From: a virus
Strand: one strand, 5' to 3'
IMG/VR virus record: IMGVR_UViG_3300049215_000481
Location: 1 to 64,000 of that record
Length of the DNA: 64,000 bases
In this document: positions 17,763 to 26,056 of the stretch, one piece after another
How the letters are laid out: each line of letters begins with the position of its first letter
Position numbering within the stretch: the stretch's first letter is position 1
Notes under the pieces: model-generated
Seen by the model: only the letters and a program-made list of their open reading frames with translations
Databases searched by the model: none
Told to the model about the DNA's origin: nothing
Translations under genes and position numbers: made by a program

Positions 17763-18215
17763 ATGAACCAGATCCAGAACGCCACCGTCCGCGCCCGCAA
17801 GCTCGGGAAGCTCATCCGCAACGAGGTCGCCGCCGGCAACTTCAAGGTCGACTCCGGCTACCTGGCAGAGTCGTCCCTCACCCGGAAGTGCTACGGCTGC
17901 GCGCTCGCCGCAGCAGCCTACGCGCTGGGGACTCGGCCGAAGCCTGAGGACTCCTACCTCGGCCGCGAAGAGCTTCTCGACACGGTCAGCGCGTGCCCGA
18001 CCGTCAAGATCTCGCGCCGAGAGGCCGCGCAGTTGGAGATGGGCTTCGAGCAGTGGGGCTCCGTCTACACCTGGAGCGAACCCAACGAGACTGGGAACCA
18101 CATGCTCGTGAAGAGCGACACGAGGAACCCGTTCTACCGCCTGGGTGCGCGCCTCCGCGTGGAGCGCGACAAGGCCCGCGCGGCGGCGGCTCGGACTCGG
18201 GCTCGTCGGTCCTGA
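17763..18215 (+). CDS. hypothetical protein
   Basis: ORF track; motif + GGAGG. Confidence 0.75.
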   Translation: MNQIQNATVRARKLGKLIRNEVAAGNFKVDSGYLAESSLTRKCYGCALAAAAYALGTRPKPEDSYLGREELLDTVSACPTVKISRREAAQLEMGFEQWGSVYTWSEPNETGNHMLVKSDTRNPFYRLGARLRVERDKARAAAARTRARRS

Positions 18216-18243
18216 TTCGCTATCAGCTCTTCAGGAGGACACG

Positions 18244-18615
18244 ATGAACACCGTCAAGACACTCGAACGCGCCACGCGGCTCTCTCGCCGTATCAACCAC
18301 AACAAGGGCCAGATGTACCGCGGCGGTACGCCGTCGAGGCCCCAGTCCTGCTGCGCAATCGGGCTCCTTCACCTCGCCAGCTCCGGCAAGGCCGACGGGC
18401 CGTTGACCGGGAACCTGATGAAGCCCGACGTGCGCGAGGCAGTTGCGCTCGCGAAGGTCGTCGCGTTCGAGGACGAGAACTACTACTACGAGCCCTCCCT
18501 CTACCGCTGGAACGACCGACCGAGGACGGAGAAGAAGGACGTCGTCCAGGTCATCGACGCGGCCTACGTCCTGGCTCTGCAGGAGCAGGGCATCGAGCCC
18601 GAGGACGTCCTCTAG
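18244..18615 (+). CDS. DUF6197-like phage protein
   Basis: SCCAIG...WNDRPRTEKKDVV; paralogue of 20827..21207. Confidence 0.65.
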   Translation: MNTVKTLERATRLSRRINHNKGQMYRGGTPSRPQSCCAIGLLHLASSGKADGPLTGNLMKPDVREAVALAKVVAFEDENYYYEPSLYRWNDRPRTEKKDVVQVIDAAYVLALQEQGIEPEDVL

Positions 18616-18619
18616 CCCG

Positions 18620-18816
18620 ATGAAATTTTTGTCGGGGGGAGCCGGAAGCGCTGCAGCCGGCTCTGCGTCACGTGGGGTGAAGGCCGCTGGGCGTTCCACC
18701 TCTTCGTCGATCGCGAGTACTAGGCCTGGGGGCACGTCGTAGAGAACGGCGACGTGCCCGAGTACACGCTCGACATCTGGGGTCTCGGCCCTCTCTTCCA
18801 GGTCATCAGGGCCTGA
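18620..18816 (+). pseudogene. small gene with a frameshift in a T5/G6 run and an in-frame TAG
   Basis: RKRCSRLCVTWGEGRWAFHLFVDREY*AWGHVVENGDVPEYTLDIWGLGPLFQVIRA*. Confidence 0.45.
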
Positions 18817-18833
18817 TTCGCTATCAGCCCACC

Positions 18834-19376
18834 ATGGACTGCAAAGCAGAGAAGTGGTGGAGAGTGGTGTTCCCCTTCCCCGACGACGCGGACGGGACGC
18901 ACATCAAGACGCACGTCGTCCCGGACAGCCTGCTGCAGCCGCTGCTCGCTGACCTGAAGGCCCGCTACCAGCAGGACCCGCACGAGGTCGTCGAGCAACC
19001 CGACTACTGGGTGGACTACGGCGGGATGGCGGTGGGCGGCGAGCCCGAGATCTCGACCGAGGTCGCCGGCCTCAAGGTCGAAATGAAGGTCCACTTCTTC
19101 GACGGCTTCCTCAGGGCGCTGAAGAACAGCAAGCCGCGCCGCTTCGCCGACGGCCCCGAGTACGTCAAGCACCACGCCTGGTTCCTGTGCCTGGTGCTCA
19201 CTCTGGAGCAGGAGGACGAGCTGCACCAGAAGCTCGCGGTGCAGTCGGACGAAGCCCACCGGCTCGACGACGAGTTCATGGACCGGCTCAAGCCCGTGGT
19301 GGCCGAGCTGAAGAAGAACCCGCACCTGCACATGAACGACCTGCCGGTGCGCCCGGTCGAGCCGGTAGGGAACTGA
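18834..19376 (+). CDS. hypothetical protein
   Basis: ORF track; ATG 9 nt after motif. Confidence 0.75.
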   Translation: MDCKAEKWWRVVFPFPDDADGTHIKTHVVPDSLLQPLLADLKARYQQDPHEVVEQPDYWVDYGGMAVGGEPEISTEVAGLKVEMKVHFFDGFLRALKNSKPRRFADGPEYVKHHAWFLCLVLTLEQEDELHQKLAVQSDEAHRLDDEFMDRLKPVVAELKKNPHLHMNDLPVRPVEPVGN

Positions 19377-19840
19377 TGAACGTCCACGGCATCGTCCTGA
19401 TGGGCGACCTCCTCGCGCCGTACAACACGATCGACGTCGGTGGCCTGGAGAACATCGGGCACTTCATCGCTCGCGGCGAGGTGTGGTCCAGCGACAGGGA
19501 CAGGAACAACCTCGACTCCATCCTCGGCCGCATCCTGGACGCGAAGATCGTCCTCACGTCGAACGACTGTAGGTCCGATTCGGACCGCGCGCTGCTCGAC
19601 GTCGCGCGCGGCCAGCCGTTCGTCCGGGCCAGCGTCGAGATCTACAAGTCGAAGGCCGACCTGGTGGCCGTCCTCCTGAAGGGCCTGCGCTGGTCAGCGT
19701 GGGGCACCGCGCTCGAAAAGACCGACGACCCAGTCGCACGCCACATGCACGTCCACCGGTATGCGCTCCACGGCATCAACGTCGAAGCCGCCCGCCTCCA
19801 CGAGGTGTCTCCGTACCGACTGTTCCCGGGGCTTGGCTGA
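19376..19840 (+). CDS. hypothetical protein
   Basis: MNVHGIVLMG..., TGATG coupling. Confidence 0.7.
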   Translation: MNVHGIVLMGDLLAPYNTIDVGGLENIGHFIARGEVWSSDRDRNNLDSILGRILDAKIVLTSNDCRSDSDRALLDVARGQPFVRASVEIYKSKADLVAVLLKGLRWSAWGTALEKTDDPVARHMHVHRYALHGINVEAARLHEVSPYRLFPGLG

Positions 19841-19874
19841 CGAGCTGATCGAGCTGATTCGCTATTCGCTCCAC

Positions 19875-20156
19875 ATGAACAAGAAAGCTGTCGCTGGCTT
19901 CTTCCTGGCCCTGACCCTCGTCGTCACTACGGTCTGCTGCCTGAACGACCCCGTGTCGACGCAGCCGACCAACAACGCCCACGTGCCCGTGTCGCTGCTC
20001 TTCGAGCACGACGGGTGTAAGGTGTTTCGGTTCACCGACGGCCAGTACGCGCGCTACTTCGCGCTCGGCACCTGCGGCGACGCCTCGGTCTCGCACGTCG
20101 AGAGCTGCGGCAAGAACTGCTCGCGCCCGGTCGAAGTGCCGTCGGTGAACAAGTGA
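19875..20156 (+). CDS. DUF4884-like exported/lipoprotein
   Basis: Signal peptide + LLFEHDGCKVFRFTD. Confidence 0.7.
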   Translation: MNKKAVAGFFLALTLVVTTVCCLNDPVSTQPTNNAHVPVSLLFEHDGCKVFRFTDGQYARYFALGTCGDASVSHVESCGKNCSRPVEVPSVNK

Positions 20157-20809
20157 AGACCATCTACCTCGCCAACCCGTACGGCTTCTCGCCGACCCAG
20201 CGGGCCGCGCTCCTCCCGCCCATCATCGGCGCGCTGGAGAAGATGGGCTTCGAGGTGTGGGAGCCCTTCTCTCGCTGCTCGTCCGCCGACTTCACGCGGC
20301 CCGAGTGGGTTCGCGAGGTTGGCCAGCAGTGCCTCAGCGACGTGCGGAACGCGGACGCCATCTTCGCCATTGTGAACGGCTGTCCGCCCGACGAGGGCGT
20401 GATGTTCGAGCTGGGCTACGCCGTCGCGCTCGGGAAGCCCTTCTTCCTCTTCCGGGACGACTTCCGGAAGTGCACCGACAGCAACGAGCTGCCTCTCAAC
20501 CTCATGGCGTTCGTCGGCCTGCAGAACCACGAGGACTGGCGAGCGCGGTACTTCACCTCGCTCAACGACCTCAACGACAAGCGGAAGCAGCTCTACGCCT
20601 TCGCGCCCCGACAGAGGCCCGAGCCGGCCGCCGGCCAGTGGTGGCGATTCCCGGGCGAGCGCCCGTACCGGCTCACGCGCAGGTACCACGACGACCTCGA
20701 CTGGTGCTGCGAGCACGAGCCGGGCGCCGACGACGGCCTGATGTACGACTCCGACTTCCAGGACCCGCGCGTCATCTACTGCGGCGACGGCGAAACGCCC
20801 AGCGAGTGA
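20153..20809 (+). CDS. nucleoside 2-deoxyribosyltransferase-like (NDT/N-glycosidase fold)
   Basis: IYLANPYGFS...ADAIFAIVNG.PPDEGVMFELGYAVALGKP. Confidence 0.88.
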   Translation: MKTIYLANPYGFSPTQRAALLPPIIGALEKMGFEVWEPFSRCSSADFTRPEWVREVGQQCLSDVRNADAIFAIVNGCPPDEGVMFELGYAVALGKPFFLFRDDFRKCTDSNELPLNLMAFVGLQNHEDWRARYFTSLNDLNDKRKQLYAFAPRQRPEPAAGQWWRFPGERPYRLTRRYHDDLDWCCEHEPGADDGLMYDSDFQDPRVIYCGDGETPSE

Positions 20810-20826
20810 TTCGCTATCAGACCACC

Positions 20827-21207
20827 ATGAGCACTCAAGTCGGATACGCACTGAGGCGCGCGGCGCAGATCGCAGAGCGCCTCGACCACTGCAAGGGTCT
20901 GATGTTCGTCCGAGACCGCGACAAGCGACCGGTCTCCTGCTGCACCATCGGAGCCGTCCAGCTCGCTTGCTTCGACCTCGATCTGGATGCCTCGGTGTTC
21001 AAACGTGCGCTCCAGCACCTCTACCTGATGAAGCCGGAGTTCAACGGCGAGATCGGCATCTGGAACGACAAGCCAGAGACCAGGAAGGACGACGTCGTCG
21101 CGCTCCTCCGGCAGGCGGCCGACGACCTCGATCCGCCGGTGACGCAGGCGTCGCGCGAGACGGCCGCGATGGTCGCGCAGCTCACCCGCAAGTGGCCGGT
21201 GAAGTGA
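20827..21207 (+). CDS. DUF6197-like phage protein
   Basis: SCCTIGA...WNDKPETRKDDVV. Confidence 0.65.
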   Translation: MSTQVGYALRRAAQIAERLDHCKGLMFVRDRDKRPVSCCTIGAVQLACFDLDLDASVFKRALQHLYLMKPEFNGEIGIWNDKPETRKDDVVALLRQAADDLDPPVTQASRETAAMVAQLTRKWPVK

Positions 21208-21413
21208 TGCTCGCCGTCTACGTCGTCGTGGGCTTCCTCGTGTTCGGCATCGCGGCGCTGCTGTGGATGCTCTTCATCAACTCCGTCGGCGGGGACCTGA
21301 ACATCGCGTTCGCGCCCTGGATGCTCTTCTGCGTCGTCTGCTGGGGGATCGCGTGGGTCGCGAAGCAGCCGTTCCGCGCGATTCGCTATCTGGCCTCCAG
21401 GAGTAACCGATGA
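21207..21413 (+). CDS. small two-TM membrane protein
   Basis: MLAVYVVVGFLVFG..., TGATG coupling. Confidence 0.6.
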   Translation: MLAVYVVVGFLVFGIAALLWMLFINSVGGDLNIAFAPWMLFCVVCWGIAWVAKQPFRAIRYLASRSNR

Positions 21414-21958
21414 ACGTCAAGGCCCTGATCGCTCAGCGCGACGAAGGCATTCTCCACCAGTTCCTGTTCTTCTGGGGCCACCACGGCAAGAAGGACGGCG
21501 CCGTCGGCAAGGAGTGCCTCTCGCAGTGGTACCCCGCCCCGTTCCAGTTCGCGGGTGAGACGTACCCGACGGCCGAGCACTTCATGATGGTCTGGAAGGC
21601 TCGCACGTTCGGCGACGAGGCGACGGCGAAGAGGGTCTTCGCAGACCCGAGCCCGGAGACCGCGAAGTTCTGCGGGCGCGCCGTCCAGGGCTTCAACGAC
21701 GAGAAGTGGAACCAGTGCAAGTTCCAGATCGTCGTCACCGGCAGTTTCGCCAAGTTCAGCAAGAACCCCGCGCTGCGCGAGTTCCTCCTCAGCACCGGCG
21801 ACAAGGTGCTCGTCGAGGGGAGTCCGCACGACAGAATCTGGGGCATCGGCATGAGAGGCGACCTAAACCCGGATTCATTCGACCCGCGCAAGTGGCGCGG
21901 CGAGAACCTGCTCGGGTTCGCGCTGATGGAAGCGCGCCGGATGATCCGCGCGCAGTAA
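21410..21958 (+). CDS. NADAR-family (YbiA-like) protein
   Basis: LSQWYPAPF...TAEHFMM..KA..F...KFSKNPALREFLLSTGDKVLVEGSPHDRIWGIG...WRGENLLG. Confidence 0.93.
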   Translation: MNVKALIAQRDEGILHQFLFFWGHHGKKDGAVGKECLSQWYPAPFQFAGETYPTAEHFMMVWKARTFGDEATAKRVFADPSPETAKFCGRAVQGFNDEKWNQCKFQIVVTGSFAKFSKNPALREFLLSTGDKVLVEGSPHDRIWGIGMRGDLNPDSFDPRKWRGENLLGFALMEARRMIRAQ

Positions 21959-21973
21959 CAGTCTTCGGTCCCA

Positions 21974-22064
21974 GTCGAGGCACAGGACCCGCGGGTAGCT
22001 CCCGCCTCAGGGTTCGATTCCCTCCGTGGTTTGGACAGAGCCGGTTCGAGTCCGGCACTTCGAC
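21974..22064 (+). ncRNA. putative tRNA-like structured RNA with two T-loop hairpins
   Basis: GTCGAGG/CTTCGAC closing stem; GCGGG-TAGCT-CCCGC; AGGG-TTCGATT-CCCT; GCCGG-TTCGAGT-CCGGC. Confidence 0.5.
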
Positions 22065-22107
22065 GTTGGCGGCACGGCGCCGGGACCACTTTCGCTATTA
22101 GGACCAC

Positions 22108-22353
22108 ATGAAGAAGCTCCCAAAGCTCACCGAGGACCTGCTGAACGAACCGATCCACAACCTCGGCACCGTCTCGAAGTCCGTGAAGCTCACGTGGCAC
22201 ATGGACGGAGGCGTGGAGCCGATCACCGGCAAGCCTCACCAGCACCTCGCAGCGTGCGTGCTCCAGAACATGAACCTCTGGACGCGCGAAGGCGGCTACG
22301 AGGTCGCCCTGTCACTCAGCCTCGACGGCTGCGACGTCAACGAGCTGCCGTGA
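22108..22353 (+). CDS. hypothetical protein
   Basis: ATG 9 nt after motif. Confidence 0.7.
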   Translation: MKKLPKLTEDLLNEPIHNLGTVSKSVKLTWHMDGGVEPITGKPHQHLAACVLQNMNLWTREGGYEVALSLSLDGCDVNELP

Positions 22354-22565
22354 CGATCGCCCGCGCCTTCGTAGTGGCCTGCGTCTCCCTCGCGGTCCTC
22401 GTGCTCGCCCTGTCGGACGACAACGTCGTGTCGACCGAGGCGTGCTACCAGGCCATCCACGAGGTCGAGGAGGGCTGCAAGAAGGAGCTGCGCGCCTGCG
22501 ACGAGCGCGCCTACCAGAACTACAACCGCGGCTGGAGCAACGCCGCGATGAACACCTGCCCATGA
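22350..22565 (+). CDS. small exported/membrane protein
   Basis: GTGA overlap; N-terminal hydrophobic helix. Confidence 0.55.
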   Translation: MTIARAFVVACVSLAVLVLALSDDNVVSTEACYQAIHEVEEGCKKELRACDERAYQNYNRGWSNAAMNTCP

Positions 22566-23005
22566 GCGACACACCTCTACACGGACACACCTTCCTGGGT
22601 CCGAATGGCACCTGCATCTGCTGCGGCGATCCGGGCCCTGAGCAGGGAGCGTGTATCCCGCAGGTGCTCATGGCCATCGGCGAGCCACCTCTTCGAAAAG
22701 AAGAGCTGATCGAGATGCGGCGTGAGTGGAAGCCGCCCGTCGTCGGCGACACGCACCCTTTCCCGTGGCGCACGAAGCGCCACCGAAGCAACGACCGCTT
22801 TCAGAACGTCGTGTTCGTCATCCTCGACCGGCGCGACCGGTTCGTGGCTGAGAGCGAGTCCCAGCATGTCGCCGAGGCGATCGTCAACACGATGAACGCA
22901 GCGGCAGCGAAGCAGGACCAGGTCGTCGAGCTGCAGCCGGGCGTCTACACCGACCCCAGCGTGAAGAGCGCCTTCGCCGACCTGCCGCCCAAGGACAAGA
23001 AGTAG
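22562..23005 (+). CDS. hypothetical protein
   Basis: MSDTPLHGH..., ATGA overlap. Confidence 0.65.
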   Translation: MSDTPLHGHTFLGPNGTCICCGDPGPEQGACIPQVLMAIGEPPLRKEELIEMRREWKPPVVGDTHPFPWRTKRHRSNDRFQNVVFVILDRRDRFVAESESQHVAEAIVNTMNAAAAKQDQVVELQPGVYTDPSVKSAFADLPPKDKK

Positions 23006-23040
23006 CCGGCCCGCGTTCGCTGATTCGCTATCTGCCCATC

Positions 23041-23598
23041 ATGGACAACATCCAGCACCTCACCAGCGCAGCGCTCAGCCTCGCCCTCAAGCTCCTCCAG
23101 GCGAAGGACCGCATCGCCGACCTCGTTCGTCAGAACGAGATCCTGACCAAGCAGCGCGACCGCGCCAACAAGCGCACGGCCGACCTCGACGCCAACTACA
23201 TGGAGAGCCTCAAGAAGCTGCAGAAGCAGCTCGAACAGGCTGTCGATGAGGCGTTCGACGACGGCAAGAGGGAAGGCCGCATCGACGCCAGCACGGACCG
23301 CATGAACCGCGCCCCCAAGAGCATCGCGCCGGAGGTCACTCCGTTCGGGATCATCTACCCGAACAAGCTCCTCAGCTCGATCGCCGGTGCCACCAACGTC
23401 ACCTGGACGAACGAGCCGTACGGCACGACCCGCGAGGTCATCGTGGCCGCCGTCGAGCACGCGAAGTGGCTCGTGAAGAGCGAGGACGCGCAGAAGGACT
23501 TCAACACTGCGTTCGAGGAAGACGCTGCGTTCGCCGCCCGCGCGGTCGACTGGTTCCTCACGCGCTTCAGCGCCGCGGTCAAGCCCGCCAAGGAATGA
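23041..23598 (+). CDS. coiled-coil hypothetical protein
   Basis: ATG 9 nt after motif. Confidence 0.75.
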   Translation: MDNIQHLTSAALSLALKLLQAKDRIADLVRQNEILTKQRDRANKRTADLDANYMESLKKLQKQLEQAVDEAFDDGKREGRIDASTDRMNRAPKSIAPEVTPFGIIYPNKLLSSIAGATNVTWTNEPYGTTREVIVAAVEHAKWLVKSEDAQKDFNTAFEEDAAFAARAVDWFLTRFSAAVKPAKE

Positions 23599-24275
23599 CT
23601 CCCGTCCTGTTTCTCGACTTCGACGGCGTCCTCAACGGCCAGTCGAACAAGGTTGAGCCGCCTCTAGTTGCGCTGCTCAACCAGATCGTCGAGCAGTCCA
23701 GGTGTGACGTCGTCGTGTCGTCCGCCTGGCGCATCGACGGGGTCGAGCGCCTGCAGGTGGTGTTGAGCAACGCCGGCTACACCGGCACTCTGCGCGATGT
23801 CACCCCGAGTGGCGGCTGCACCGAGCACTTTGACCGCGGGTGGATCTGCAGCGAGGCGCACCGCGGGTTCGAGATCCTGGAGTGGCTCCGCACCAACTAC
23901 CCCGACGGGGTCTTCCCTCCGATCGTCTGTCTCGACGACTCGTCTGACCTGCACCCATTCCTCGACCGGCACGTGCACACACGCTCGTACGTCGGACTGG
24001 AGGACCGGCACGTCGCCGAGGCGCTCCAGATCTTGTCCGAGCCGATGGACCCGTTCTGCACGGGCTGCTGGGCGCAGATCGACCCCGATACCTGCGGGTG
24101 TGGCGACTCCCTGAAGTACCACGGCAGTTGTTTGACCGCCGGCCACTCGTTCGTCCCAATGGGCTGCAACTGCCTCCGCCCGAAGAGGCCCGACTGCGCC
24201 GAGTGCGAGAACAAGCGCTTCATCCAGCGCATGTGGGACAAGACGCCCTGCTACTCGTGCGTGAAACGCTATTAG
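23595..24275 (+). CDS. HAD-superfamily (HAD_SAK-like) protein with Cys-rich C-terminus
   Basis: MTPVLFLDFDGVLN...VVVSSAWR...RGFEILEWL...CLDD. Confidence 0.85.
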   Translation: MTPVLFLDFDGVLNGQSNKVEPPLVALLNQIVEQSRCDVVVSSAWRIDGVERLQVVLSNAGYTGTLRDVTPSGGCTEHFDRGWICSEAHRGFEILEWLRTNYPDGVFPPIVCLDDSSDLHPFLDRHVHTRSYVGLEDRHVAEALQILSEPMDPFCTGCWAQIDPDTCGCGDSLKYHGSCLTAGHSFVPMGCNCLRPKRPDCAECENKRFIQRMWDKTPCYSCVKRY

Positions 24276-24283
24276 GCCTTCAA

Positions 24284-24667
24284 ATGTCATCCACGAACAC
24301 CAAGAAGGCTCCCATCTACAACTACCGCTCCGGCGGTTGGGTCGGATTCGACCTCGACGGCACGCTGGCCGTATACGACGAGTGGCGTGGCGCCACGCAC
24401 ATCGGCGAGCCCATCATGCCGAACGTAAAGCGGGCTCAGCGCTACCTGCAGGACGGCATCGAGGTCCGCATTTTCACGGCGCGCGCCGACGGTGGCCTCG
24501 ACCTCGAAGAGGTCACCAACGCGATCCAGGACTGGACCGAGAAGCACATCGGCCGACGCCTCGCGGTGACCAACCGGAAGGACTTCGGGATGATCCGCCT
24601 GTACGACGACCGCGCCATCCAGGTCGAGTTCAACACCGGCCGGCGCGTCGACGGCCGCGAAGACTAG
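24284..24667 (+). CDS. small HAD-like phosphatase (PNKP phosphatase-like)
   Basis: VGFDLDGTLA...IFTAR...LYDDRA. Confidence 0.8.
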   Translation: MSSTNTKKAPIYNYRSGGWVGFDLDGTLAVYDEWRGATHIGEPIMPNVKRAQRYLQDGIEVRIFTARADGGLDLEEVTNAIQDWTEKHIGRRLAVTNRKDFGMIRLYDDRAIQVEFNTGRRVDGRED

Positions 24668-24685
24668 ATTCGCTATGCGCCCACC

Positions 24686-25200
24686 ATGGGCGCGCGAAGA
24701 CTCCGCAACCTCATCCACCACGCCGCCAGCGCGCACCTCTGCCTGGTGCCGCTGTCGCGTGAGGGCTTCTACGCCGTCGTCGACAAGATCGACGCGCCGT
24801 ACGTCGCGCAGTACAGGTGGGCGGTCAAGCAAGACCACAAGGCGTTATACGCCAAGACGGTCATCGACGGACACCACGTCCTCCTGCACCGCTTCATCTG
24901 GGCGCTGCACGCACGGCCGGAAGCGCGTCTCATCGACCACAAGGACGGCGACGGGCTCAACAACCAGTTGAGCAACCTGCGCGCGGCGTCCACCTTTCAG
25001 AACACGGCCAACCGAGGCGACAGTGCGCTCTCGTCGAGTGGCATCCGCGGCGTCGCACTCCGCAAGGGGTTGTGGCGAGTGCGCCTGAAGCAGAACGGCA
25101 AGGAAGTGCACGTCGGCTACTTCCGCCGCAAACGCGACGCGGTCCGCGCGCAACCGAGCAGCACGCGCTCTGCACGGCGAGTTCGCAAGAACACATTCGC
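24686..25200 (+). CDS. HNH homing endonuclease with AP2 domain (frame break near 25150)
   Basis: LHRFI...IDHKDGDGLNNQLSNLR...SGIRGV...W...HVGYF; AP2 end (NRAARALHGEFA) lies in another frame. Confidence 0.8.
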
Positions 25201-25212
25201 TATGGGCCCCAC

Positions 25213-26049
25213 ATGTCGAACAAACAGCTCATGGTCGCCGACGTCAACGGCGTGGTCCACGACATCGCGATCACCGAGTACGCCGACGGCGCTCCTCTCA
25301 TCAAGCAGCGCATCGACCTCAACGAAGCACGCATCCTGTTCCGCCCGAACTCGATGAAGGAGTTCGTCGCGGCGATGTTCTGGTGCGACGCAATGGACGA
25401 GCGGTACGACGGGTACCCTCATCTCGTCCTGCCCTTCGTGCCCGGCGCGCGCCAGGACCGTCTCAACGACGAGGGCGACGCGCTCTTCACGCTCAAGAGC
25501 GTCGCCAAGATGATCAACGAGCGGTCGTTCGCGTCCGTCACGGTTGTCGACCCCCACTCGTACGTCACGCCGGCACTCATCGACCGCTGCATCGTCATCC
25601 CGGCCGTCGACTGCATCCAGTCGTACACGCGTAGGATCGCCGGCGTCGTGTCGCCCGACGCGGGCGCCGAGAAGCGCGCCAGCTCCATCGCGAAGTTCTT
25701 CCACGTGCCGCTCTTCCACGCCTGGAAGAGCCGCGACATCGAGACGGGCGCGATCACCGGCTTCGGCGTCGAGGAGTCGATCAGCGAGCTGCGCGGCAAG
25801 CGCGTCCTCGTGGCGGACGACATCTGCGACGGCGGCGGCACCTTCGTCGGCCTCGCCGACCAGCTCGACGCCCACGGCGTCGCGGCCGACCTCTACGTCA
25901 CTCACGGTCTCTTCACGCAGGGAACGGCGCGGCTCAAGAGCCGCTTCCGCCACGTGTGGACGACCGACTCCGTCCTCAACAACGCCACGGGCGTCGACGT
26001 CATGCGCGTCTGCGAGCGCCTGCTCTTCCAACCCTCTCTGAAAGGCTGA
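25213..26049 (+). CDS. prs: ribose-phosphate pyrophosphokinase-like protein (probable Adps of NARP1)
   Basis: PFVPGARQDR, VVDPHS, VSPDAGAEKRA, VLVADDICDGGGTF, LYVTHGLF. Confidence 0.9.
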   Translation: MSNKQLMVADVNGVVHDIAITEYADGAPLIKQRIDLNEARILFRPNSMKEFVAAMFWCDAMDERYDGYPHLVLPFVPGARQDRLNDEGDALFTLKSVAKMINERSFASVTVVDPHSYVTPALIDRCIVIPAVDCIQSYTRRIAGVVSPDAGAEKRASSIAKFFHVPLFHAWKSRDIETGAITGFGVEESISELRGKRVLVADDICDGGGTFVGLADQLDAHGVAADLYVTHGLFTQGTARLKSRFRHVWTTDSVLNNATGVDVMRVCERLLFQPSLKG

Positions 26050-26056
26050 TCCGCAC

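Noticed and set aside
18721-18723. Amber stop-codon recoding
   Set aside because: Single in-frame TAG; many genes end cleanly at TAG and no suppressor tRNA is seen
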